Of a stretch of 64,000 nucleotides of DNA, positions 56,535 through 64,000 are shown piece by piece (position 1 is the stretch's first letter; each line of letters begins with the position of its first letter). The position numbers and the translations under genes were made by a program. The notes beneath the pieces were generated by a model. The model saw only the letters and a list, made by a program, of their open reading frames with translations. It made no database searches and was not told where the DNA came from. The DNA lies in IMG/VR virus record IMGVR_UViG_3300022074_005559; one strand, written 5' to 3'. The stretch is from a virus (lineage: Duplodnaviria > Caudoviricetes).

Positions 56535-59441
56535 TTAACCTCCTTTTTGTAGTTGATCACGCAAGGCATAAAGTCTTATAAGTTGATCATTGAACTGTTT
56601 GCGTTGTTGAGGACTTAACTTACCCTCAAAATCAAGGTCAAACTTTTGAGCGTCTATTTGTGCAATCTGGTCGTCAATCTGTTTGATCTTGCCGCCATTC
56701 TTACCACTGTACGGATCATAAGGTTTTGCTGTAGTTGTTTCACCTCCTGTTACAGGAGTTGTTGTAGTTGTACTTCCGCCGCCAGTGGTGCTAACAATAC
56801 TTTGCTCATTAATCGTTGTATCTCCAATTACTGTAGTGCTTGTAGTAGTGGTTGTTTTTGCTGGTTCTTTTATCTTTGTAACACGCTCTGCGGCTGCCGC
56901 GCCTGTTGATATAGCATCTTTAACTTTACTTGAAACATCAATACCATTCGGAATATTAGTAGTATTTCGTATTACACCTTGGAAATCTTGTCTACCTTGC
57001 CTTACTGCGCTAGCAACTTCTGTACTAGATATATTTGCCGCTGTTAACATACCCATAACTTCTTTTGGACCATCTGTAACTTGAATAGCACCATCGTTAA
57101 GCATTTTTTGGTAGTCACTAGCAACTACTTGTTGCATTACTTGTTCTTGTAATCCACCATTGCCTAAAAACTTGCCAAGACTGTTTGCTCCGCCTTTGCC
57201 TGTCCATACACTTGGATCTGCAAGTTGGTCATTAAATATTGCTTCAGGTCTGACAAGCCCTTGTGATTTAAGTTGATCAACGTTAAATCCATATTTGCCA
57301 ACACTTTTAGTTGCAGCGTCCACAAAAGCATTATTGTTGAGACTGCCTACTTGTTGTACAACAGCAGCATTTAATCCTTGCATGTCTAGGCTGTCAAGGA
57401 CACCTATACTAAATCCTGTGTCAAGCTGCTGAACAATGTCTGTGACAGGAAACTGTTTAAGTACAGGACTGTCTAATAAAGCAGGCAATGAATCATTAAG
57501 TTGAGGTACAACTTTGCCTAATGCAGGACCAAACTCTTGTGCTAGTCCTGGAAGTTGTGCGTCTAATGCGCCAGTAATATTCGTAATCTTACCAGTTGCA
57601 TCTGTAACTAGTTTTCCAAAATCAGCTCCTTGAAGTTGACTTGTGGCACTACCAATAGCACCTTGAATATCTTCTATAGGCAAGTTGCTGGTTATTTGTG
57701 ACAAGTCACTAGAGATTGCACCAAAGTCTAGCCCGCCAAGAGCGTCGCCTAAACCTGCCTCACCGAGAACGTTTGTAAAATCTCCTGTTAAGAAGTCTCC
57801 ACCCAAGTTACCTGCAATATCACCAAAGCCGCCGCCGAATGAAGTACCAAAAAAGTCCCCTGCACTACCTCCTAGTGTTCCACCTAAGCCAGTTGCTAAA
57901 CCACCGCTAGAACCTAACGCACCAGCGACTGCACCTAAGCCGCCAGCAGCGCCTGCTCCAGCAGCAATCGGGCCGGCAATAGGACCAATCACACCAAATG
58001 CTCCGCCTGCTAATCCACCGCCGCCGCCTGCTAATCCACCTGTATAAGGACTAGGCGTATTGTTCTTACCGTGATCTACAAATGGCTCATGTGTTGTAGG
58101 TCTGTCTACTGTTGTTTGCAAAGGTGCAGGTGCTGTGGTAAACTGTCCTGCTCCTCGGTCAAAGTCAACTTCTTCTTTGCTTAATACATTTACACTCTTA
58201 GCACTTTTAGCAGGTGTTTTAGGACCTTGTAGCAACACAAGACTGCCTGCAATACTCATAACACCGCCACAGTTAATAAAGGCTTGACTTTTTGCTGTTG
58301 CATTTAAACTACCGCCACTGTCTAAGTGTAGTCCCGATTTACCTGTAATACCTGCTTCACCTTCAGTGGTCATTACAAGTTGTTCTTTGCCTTCTACATG
58401 CATTTGTTTTTCACTAACAAACTGCGTGTAGCCTTTGCTGTGAAACTTGATATTTTGATCGGCATGAAAGTTTAAGTTTTTACTGCGGAAGTTTATACTA
58501 TCATTGGCATACACATCCATAGTGCCTGTGTTGTTGAGTTCAATCCAAACACTGCCTTCTGCATTGCCTACATAAATCAACCCTTCAGTGTCATTCATTA
58601 ATATTTGATGACCTGTGCTGGTTCTTAATCTTATTTGATTGCTGTTGCCATCAACATCGCCATCATCAAGTGCAATACTGTGACCTTTGCGTCTACCATA
58701 TGGACCAAGCAATCCATCTAACACATGTTTGTTTGTTGTATTCTTATCTTTGAGTTGGCTGTTATATTTTACAGTAAAGTCTAATCCATCAGTATCAACA
58801 CGTCGCCCTTTACTACTGATGCCTATTATTTCACTAGGACTTTCACGCATGTAACCGCTGCTGTTCAATCCACGTGTCTTGTCTTGATCCAATCCTTGTG
58901 TTACACTGGCTTGTTGTGTAAAGAAATCTTCTGGTCTGTTTTGTGATTTCCAGTTTGTGACTGCCTTGGTGTCTTTGTCGCCTTGTGGAATATCATTAAA
59001 CTCACCTGATGCTACATCGTTGAATAATGTTGGCTCAGGCAGTGTTTGCATCATAAATGTGTCTGGAACACACGCAAAATAATAACCTTCAGCATTGCGT
59101 CCTTCTGGGAAGAAGCACAGCACCTTAGTGCCTAGGTCTGGCGGAGGAGTAACAATGCCTGCAGGAACTTTTGTGCCAGCATAAGTGTCGCCAACGCCTT
59201 GATTGTCTACACGACTGTAAAAAGGACTACAGTAACGCACTGTGCGCCACTGTGCTTTGTCTTTTGGATCATTACTAAATGTTGGAATCCATACTTGAAT
59301 CACACCCATGTGTGCACCATGTACATTGGCTTTTACAATGCCAGTAACAATGCCACGTTCTTCTCTTACACCCCTTAACTGGGAGGTATCATATTGCTGG
59401 TCGCCACCTTTAGCGCCTTGTTTCGATATATCTACTGCCAT
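56535..59441 (-). CDS. baseplate central spike/hub, gp5/VgrG-like, with Gly-rich and lysozyme-like C-terminal extension
   Basis: N-terminal OB-fold (GIV..N...G.IQVWIP; PPDLGTKVLCFF), GHSIALDD, IRLRTSTGHQILMND and VWIELNNTG.MDVYA beta-helix. Confidence 0.85.
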   Translation of the reverse strand: MAVDISKQGAKGGDQQYDTSQLRGVREERGIVTGIVKANVHGAHMGVIQVWIPTFSNDPKDKAQWRTVRYCSPFYSRVDNQGVGDTYAGTKVPAGIVTPPPDLGTKVLCFFPEGRNAEGYYFACVPDTFMMQTLPEPTLFNDVASGEFNDIPQGDKDTKAVTNWKSQNRPEDFFTQQASVTQGLDQDKTRGLNSSGYMRESPSEIIGISSKGRRVDTDGLDFTVKYNSQLKDKNTTNKHVLDGLLGPYGRRKGHSIALDDGDVDGNSNQIRLRTSTGHQILMNDTEGLIYVGNAEGSVWIELNNTGTMDVYANDSINFRSKNLNFHADQNIKFHSKGYTQFVSEKQMHVEGKEQLVMTTEGEAGITGKSGLHLDSGGSLNATAKSQAFINCGGVMSIAGSLVLLQGPKTPAKSAKSVNVLSKEEVDFDRGAGQFTTAPAPLQTTVDRPTTHEPFVDHGKNNTPSPYTGGLAGGGGGLAGGAFGVIGPIAGPIAAGAGAAGGLGAVAGALGSSGGLATGLGGTLGGSAGDFFGTSFGGGFGDIAGNLGGDFLTGDFTNVLGEAGLGDALGGLDFGAISSDLSQITSNLPIEDIQGAIGSATSQLQGADFGKLVTDATGKITNITGALDAQLPGLAQEFGPALGKVVPQLNDSLPALLDSPVLKQFPVTDIVQQLDTGFSIGVLDSLDMQGLNAAVVQQVGSLNNNAFVDAATKSVGKYGFNVDQLKSQGLVRPEAIFNDQLADPSVWTGKGGANSLGKFLGNGGLQEQVMQQVVASDYQKMLNDGAIQVTDGPKEVMGMLTAANISSTEVASAVRQGRQDFQGVIRNTTNIPNGIDVSSKVKDAISTGAAAAERVTKIKEPAKTTTTTSTTVIGDTTINEQSIVSTTGGGSTTTTTPVTGGETTTAKPYDPYSGKNGGKIKQIDDQIAQIDAQKFDLDFEGKLSPQQRKQFNDQLIRLYALRDQLQKGG

Positions 59442-62363
59442 TTATTCGCCATCCAACTCGCCATCTCGGAATATTTCTACGATTACACCCGGAGGATCAA
59501 CTTCCGGTAATGTGCGTTGTATCCTTGAACTTCTTAGTATTGCATCATCATATTGTGGTTTAGCAGGTTTTCCAAATGCTTCGTATTCGTAGTCATTTAC
59601 ATTTGCTCCTGTTGAAAACTCTCCTGCACTGCCAATGTTATAAGCATCGTCCGTATTGCTTGCAACACTAGCATTACCAAAAGTTCTAGGACCTGCTCGT
59701 TGATCTCTAAGTATTTGATCTTGATAAGTGTTGCGTTCAGTGTTAGTTTGATTTGCTTGTCGTTGCACACCGCCGCCTGCTTGAGGTTGCAGTGGCTCTC
59801 TGATACCATTTAGCCGTTGTTGAAACACACCACCACTAAATGTATTGTCAATACTAGTTAGTCTGTATATACCACTAAAGGCACTGTTTCCATGTTTAAA
59901 AGGAAAAGCAAGTCCTGTATTTTCATCATAGTCAGTGGGTGTGCGCAGATTAACTTGTACATATGGTGGACTAATATTGTAGTTAATCGTTCCATCAGGC
60001 ATAAATGCCTCTGTATAACTTTGTCCACGTCTAACTTTATCTTGCCAGTATGCGTCACTGGTAGGAATAAATGCAGGATCTCCTAGTATTTGCATGTCTA
60101 GTTCAACCATGTCAACACCGTCACTCATTACACTGCTGAACAAATCTTTTGCACGATTGCGTGTTAAAGTATTTGGACCATTAACTGTATTTCCTTCTAC
60201 ACTTTGCGGCACTTCTTTTACAACTGGAGCAAAATGACTATTGCTGCTTTTATTTGCAAAAGGACTACCTGTACCTGCCGTCATCACCTGCATGAATGCA
60301 GCTCTAAACTTCATGTTGAAATCTAACACTTCAGTGTTATTACCTTCAAACATATAGTTGTATATCTTATGCACTCCTTCGCCTACTGGTTTGGATTTTT
60401 TAGCCCAAGGAAAATCACTGTAATAGATATTGTTTTTTTCTACAGCATATGCAATGTTGTATTTCATTCTTCCATCTTTTTGATCATATCCTTTGCCAGG
60501 GCCTTCTGAGCTCATAAACACAGGTCGTATTTTAAACCATTTAATAGGATCACCACTACTTGCATATTGATCAGGATTGTCTACAACATTTTGATCCATG
60601 TAATCACTGTGCATGATCACAAGGTTGATCAGTTTTGTTATATCAGTACCAGCATTGATTTTAAACGTAGAAGTTCCTTTATCTAACGTAACTCCAGTTG
60701 CAAGACCTTGGACATATGCTTCGAACTGACTTTTGTCTCCTGCATCTTTAGTTTTCTTCTCACCTTCTGTAGGAGACGGTGTGTTTAGTGCATCATACAG
60801 ACTGTCCATGTTCAGTTTTGCATTGGCTATTTCTGCCGCAATCAAAAACTCGTAAGTATCATAACCCTCTGCTGCTGGCGGCACAACGGTTTCAGATACT
60901 GCAAAATCTGCTTCTCTTAACACTGTGCGTGGTTTGGTACGGTCTTTTTGCACTCCTGTCAGTATTTCTGCTAGGTTTTTAGACTTTTCTTTTACAGTGG
61001 TTTTTTTAATATGTTCTACTTCACTGTCATCGCCTTCGTCAATGATTAGTTCTCTTTCTTCGATTACTCTTTCTTTAATGACTCCTGCACTGAAGATATC
61101 GCCCACTGTTTTTGCTTTTACTTCTACGTTAAATGGAATAGTACTCATTATACTACCCATAATAGTGTTAGCAAAAGGAATAGCAGTTACACGATATTGT
61201 GTACCTGCTGTGGTAACATCAAACTGCATGTCTGTGATTCTAATAGGAATGTACTTTGGTAAACTTGGTGCAACTACAGGCGTACCATTTTCATCATAGC
61301 CTTTGAAACTTATTTCCAACAAATAAGGAGCATGAATATAACGCTCTCTAGTACTGGCTAACACTGAGCCTGCTAGTCTTTGCAGTCTTTCCAACAGTGT
61401 AACACCACGTGGCTCTGTGATTGTAAATCTTACATCTGTAGCATTTGTATTTTGTTTAAACTTGTTTGGTCCTACTGCAATGTTTGTTACTTCTAAATCG
61501 TCGATAAAAAACTCATCAAACCATTCAGATCCTTGATTGTCTAATCCAACACCACCACTGCGCATAAGCAAAAATGCGTTAGGAGGACTAAGTGCTTCCT
61601 GCGGTGTGCGAGGTTGATTTGTAATATCAATATAACTTCTACTGTTCATCATATACAGTGCAATGTTATAAGTGTAACTTGCAATGTTGTTCAGTTCATT
61701 TAATCGAGGATTGATCTGTAGTTTTGTAATATCCTCCATGAAAGGACCTGTGTTAAGAGCAGTAGGATCTTTTACATTGCTGATTTTTGTTTTTGTTCGA
61801 GCACTTTCGTTAAGTCCTATAGGAGGTCCTGTTTCTCCATCGCTGCGTGTCACTTGTCCATTATGCTGTGCATCCAAGTCGTCATCGTACTCATCTTCCA
61901 TGCCATAGATAACTTGTTCTGGTGCATCACTGCTTACAGTTTTACCTGAACTTCCTCGGTCTAGTTTTTTATTATTCCAAATGCCTTCACCATATGCACC
62001 TGTGCTAGCACCTTGATAATCCTGTCTGCCACGTCTATCTCCATCATCTATGCCAGGCACAGTTGTACTTTGATTTTGCGTTACTCTAATAGGATCTGGT
62101 TCTACATTAAAAAGACTGGTGTCTTGAGGTGCTGGATTGCTAGTCTGTGTTCTTTGTCCATACCCTTGTCTGTAAAACTTATTATAGTTTGGATTATAAA
62201 CAGGAGAGTTGGGATCTGAGTCGCCTACTCTGTCAATAGCATATCCCGCGGAGCGAAGTTGTTGTAATGTTTCTGGTGGTAAGCCGTCTGTAGAACTTGC
62301 ATCTTTACCTTGGAACGAGTCTATATATTCTTGTTGAAATGGATTTTTAGTGTTGCCAGCCAT
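59442..62363 (-). CDS. baseplate hub-like structural protein (gp27/late control D-like, tentative)
   Basis: Position between LysM and gp5-like genes; SYTYNIAL, FTITEPRG, PYLLEISFKGYD, ILGDPAFI and FSGIYRL..I.NTFSGG.FQQ.L. Confidence 0.7.
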   Translation of the reverse strand: MAGNTKNPFQQEYIDSFQGKDASSTDGLPPETLQQLRSAGYAIDRVGDSDPNSPVYNPNYNKFYRQGYGQRTQTSNPAPQDTSLFNVEPDPIRVTQNQSTTVPGIDDGDRRGRQDYQGASTGAYGEGIWNNKKLDRGSSGKTVSSDAPEQVIYGMEDEYDDDLDAQHNGQVTRSDGETGPPIGLNESARTKTKISNVKDPTALNTGPFMEDITKLQINPRLNELNNIASYTYNIALYMMNSRSYIDITNQPRTPQEALSPPNAFLLMRSGGVGLDNQGSEWFDEFFIDDLEVTNIAVGPNKFKQNTNATDVRFTITEPRGVTLLERLQRLAGSVLASTRERYIHAPYLLEISFKGYDENGTPVVAPSLPKYIPIRITDMQFDVTTAGTQYRVTAIPFANTIMGSIMSTIPFNVEVKAKTVGDIFSAGVIKERVIEERELIIDEGDDSEVEHIKKTTVKEKSKNLAEILTGVQKDRTKPRTVLREADFAVSETVVPPAAEGYDTYEFLIAAEIANAKLNMDSLYDALNTPSPTEGEKKTKDAGDKSQFEAYVQGLATGVTLDKGTSTFKINAGTDITKLINLVIMHSDYMDQNVVDNPDQYASSGDPIKWFKIRPVFMSSEGPGKGYDQKDGRMKYNIAYAVEKNNIYYSDFPWAKKSKPVGEGVHKIYNYMFEGNNTEVLDFNMKFRAAFMQVMTAGTGSPFANKSSNSHFAPVVKEVPQSVEGNTVNGPNTLTRNRAKDLFSSVMSDGVDMVELDMQILGDPAFIPTSDAYWQDKVRRGQSYTEAFMPDGTINYNISPPYVQVNLRTPTDYDENTGLAFPFKHGNSAFSGIYRLTSIDNTFSGGVFQQRLNGIREPLQPQAGGGVQRQANQTNTERNTYQDQILRDQRAGPRTFGNASVASNTDDAYNIGSAGEFSTGANVNDYEYEAFGKPAKPQYDDAILRSSRIQRTLPEVDPPGVIVEIFRDGELDGE

Positions 62364-62364
62364 A

Positions 62365-62664
62365 TTAGATTCCTAACGCTGAGTCGATTACATCCTTTTT
62401 TGGAATATAAAACTTCTGACCTACACGGAAATCCCAAATAGGATCTTCAAATGCATTTGGATTTCTTGCAATAAAAACCCACCACAGGTTACTGTTACCA
62501 TACAAGTCATAGGCTAGCAGATCAGGTCTGTATTCATGAACTTGTGTTATGGTATGCAAAATATCATCTAGACGTGGAGGGATGCGTCTAGGCACTAGTA
62601 CATCTAAATAACTGCTGTATGTATTTGTGTTAGCGTATGGACTATCACTGCGATAAGTTGCCAT
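62365..62664 (-). CDS. LysM/tail-X-like baseplate protein
   Basis: YEYRPDLLAYDLYG-type motif (HEYRPDLLAYDLYGNSNLWWVF..RN) and FYIPK. Confidence 0.88.
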   Translation of the reverse strand: MATYRSDSPYANTNTYSSYLDVLVPRRIPPRLDDILHTITQVHEYRPDLLAYDLYGNSNLWWVFIARNPNAFEDPIWDFRVGQKFYIPKKDVIDSALGI

Positions 62665-63503
62665 TACAAGTGTCCTCCACCTCTGCCAGGCTTGCCAATC
62701 AACTGCCCGCTTGCAAACTTCTGTAAACTAAAGTTACCGATTTGATTTTTGGTATAGATAGGTGATAGGCTCAGTGTAACAGCCATGTAACTAGGTATCA
62801 TAGTTTTTGTTGCTACATCAGGTGATGCCGCTAAAGGAACTTCAATATAATCTCTGTCTGATGGCATAATTTCTGTAAAGTTTGTCAGCACACACGGCAC
62901 ACTGTTGTAGTTGAATGGACCATAGCCGCTAAGTCTTAGAACCGGCGGCGGTGTGCCTCTGAGACTGTCTGAACCATAAAACATTTTGTAAGCACTACGA
63001 AGAAAATGCAGAACTGCAAAAACATAACGTGCTTCATCACCTGTGTTTGCTGTAAAATATCCATCAAGGCTGATAACATCAACACTGCTGGCATTATAGC
63101 TGTGCTGAATGTAGTTACTGTGTGTAGGATGTGTGCCTGTGTAACTTGCACTGTGACTCACACTGATTGTCGGTGTGTAAGGAAATAGTATGCCGTCTGT
63201 GTCCTGCAAAGGTTCAAGTAGTTTACTGCTTGATCTATACAAGATGTTAGCAGCTCCAGGACTAAGACTGAGTCTAACACGAGTGTCGTTGTCTCTAAAA
63301 GTAGTTGTTGCAATATCCTGCAAAAATGGAAAACGTTCTGTTGCGGCGTTAAGCCCAGCACCAAGCAACCTGTTAGCACTTGCACCTAGTATGTTACGTC
63401 CAATCTTACTGAGAGGATCGTTACCAGGAAGTGCTTTGCCGATTTTACCATCTACAAAACTGTTTGCTTTTCTAAGAAACTTACTACCTAAGTTAAAGGG
63501 CAT
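62664..63503 (-). CDS. tail-tube initiator / baseplate cap-like protein
   Basis: GILFPYTPTI, HSNY, FTANT..EARY, GTPPPVLRLSGYG and VPCVLTNF; first gene of the baseplate operon. Confidence 0.75.
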   Translation of the reverse strand: MPFNLGSKFLRKANSFVDGKIGKALPGNDPLSKIGRNILGASANRLLGAGLNAATERFPFLQDIATTTFRDNDTRVRLSLSPGAANILYRSSSKLLEPLQDTDGILFPYTPTISVSHSASYTGTHPTHSNYIQHSYNASSVDVISLDGYFTANTGDEARYVFAVLHFLRSAYKMFYGSDSLRGTPPPVLRLSGYGPFNYNSVPCVLTNFTEIMPSDRDYIEVPLAASPDVATKTMIPSYMAVTLSLSPIYTKNQIGNFSLQKFASGQLIGKPGRGGGHL

Positions 63504-63526
63504 TTTAAAAATCCTATATTTTTTTC

Positions 63527-63555
63527 TTGCTAAGTATATTTATAGGTTGTATAAT
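63527..63555 (+). promoter_or_regulatory. sigma70 promoter TTGCTA-N17-TATAAT for the rightward gene
   Basis: TTGCTA 63527-63532, TATAAT 63550-63555 with TG immediately upstream; AAGGA RBS and ATG 63583. Confidence 0.7.
63537..63544 (-). promoter_or_regulatory. T4-type late promoter TATAAATA for the baseplate operon
   Basis: Plus-strand TATTTATA 63537-63544, 33 nt upstream of ATG 63503. Confidence 0.7.
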
Positions 63556-63582
63556 ATACGCATATAAAAGGAATCTCATTAC

Positions 63583-64000
63583 ATGATCAAAAGGAAAAAC
63601 TACCTCAACAATCGCGATTTGTTGAAAGAAATACACTTATCTAAGAACAGTTACTCTAGTTATGTGAACGAAGGTGACAATGTCTACGATATTATCCTTC
63701 CAAATGTTGACAAAATCAATATTAGAACTATCGCACAAGCAAAACGCAATCAAGCCGATCGCATACAAAAACAAAACTATGAAGCAGCTAGAATGCGCGG
63801 CGAAAAGGTCAAACAAGCAGATTTTGCAGTCGACTGGAAAAAAATCAACAAAACTGAAGTTGTATTTCGCATTATGACACATGACCATATCCCACTACAC
63901 CCTGGTCGTAAGAAAAATCCAAAAACTGTCGCCGATCATCATGTGCAGTGCAACTTCCCTCCATATCAACACTTTAGATTCAATCAAGAAGATGAACTAG
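63583..64000 (+). CDS. probable gp55-like late-transcription sigma factor, N-terminal part (truncated by window; absent from ORF track)
   Basis: Open from ATG 63583 to the window end with no stop. MIKRKNYLNNRDLLKEIHLSK resembles the NYVNNKELL N-terminus of T4 gp55; the sigma core would lie beyond the window. Confidence 0.6.
   Translation, partial: MIKRKNYLNNRDLLKEIHLSKNSYSSYVNEGDNVYDIILPNVDKINIRTIAQAKRNQADRIQKQNYEAARMRGEKVKQADFAVDWKKINKTEVVFRIMTHDHIPLHPGRKKNPKTVADHHVQCNFPPYQHFRFNQEDEL

Noticed and set aside
56532-56537. TAAATA late promoter before the gp25-like gene
   Set aside because: It is only 5 nt from the ATG and lies downstream of the GGAGG RBS, overlapping the upstream stop codon; probably coincidental.
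2555-63567. Many 60-170 aa antisense or alternate-frame ORFs in the track (e.g. 2555..2956, 14347..14688, 18625..19143, 37680..38522, 57685..58047)
   Set aside because: They are fully nested in long motif-bearing genes and lack RBSs or motifs; they are shadow ORFs.
63637-63888. Minus-strand ORFs 63637..63888 and 63674..63877
   Set aside because: They are antisense to the + strand ORF from 63583, which has a promoter, an RBS and a gp55-like N-terminus.
1-64000. tRNA, rRNA, IS elements, integrase
   Set aside because: Intergenic gaps are almost all under 100 bp and accounted for by promoters. I recognised no cloverleaf, transposase or recombinase motif; a tRNAscan/Infernal run would confirm.

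Overview
This window is a fragment of a large myovirus (jumbo-phage-like) genome. Its gene content and order recall distant T4 relatives of the GAP32/RAK2/Atu_ph07 type; that assignment comes from motif recognition, not a database search. Region 1 (1-11.9 kb, + strand) holds conserved small phage genes, a MoxR-type AAA ATPase and its DUF2201/VWA partner split by a PD-(D/E)xK nuclease + N6-adenine methyltransferase cassette, thyX, and an amino-sugar nucleotide triad (SDR epimerase, DegT aminotransferase, Gfo/Idh/MocA oxidoreductase). Region 2 (11.9-34.1 kb, - strand) is a tightly overlapping operon of about 27 genes that looks like a natural-product or glycan tailoring cluster. It contains five radical SAM enzymes with an N-terminal Cys-rich (twitch-like) domain, one cobalamin-type radical SAM, a ferredoxin-NADP reductase, a NodU/CmcH carbamoyltransferase, an APS-kinase-like and HxGH nucleotidyltransferase pair, sulfotransferase-, SGNH- and 2OG-Fe(II)-like proteins, and seven glycosyltransferase-like genes in three paralog families. 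A perfect TTGACA-17-TATAAT promoter with a palindromic spacer heads it. Region 3 (34.2-63.5 kb, - strand) is the tail-fibre and baseplate module, including a 4410-aa protein. Region 4 is a truncated gp55-like late sigma factor at the right edge, whose sigma70 promoter contains an opposite-strand TATAAATA late promoter in its spacer. I found no tRNA, rRNA, CRISPR array or IS element. The ORF track mislabels the strand of 18585..19862 (it is on -) and omits several short or truncated genes. Region 2 together with the sugar triad is the best candidate for an undescribed system; its substrate (virion, host envelope or DNA) cannot be determined from sequence.
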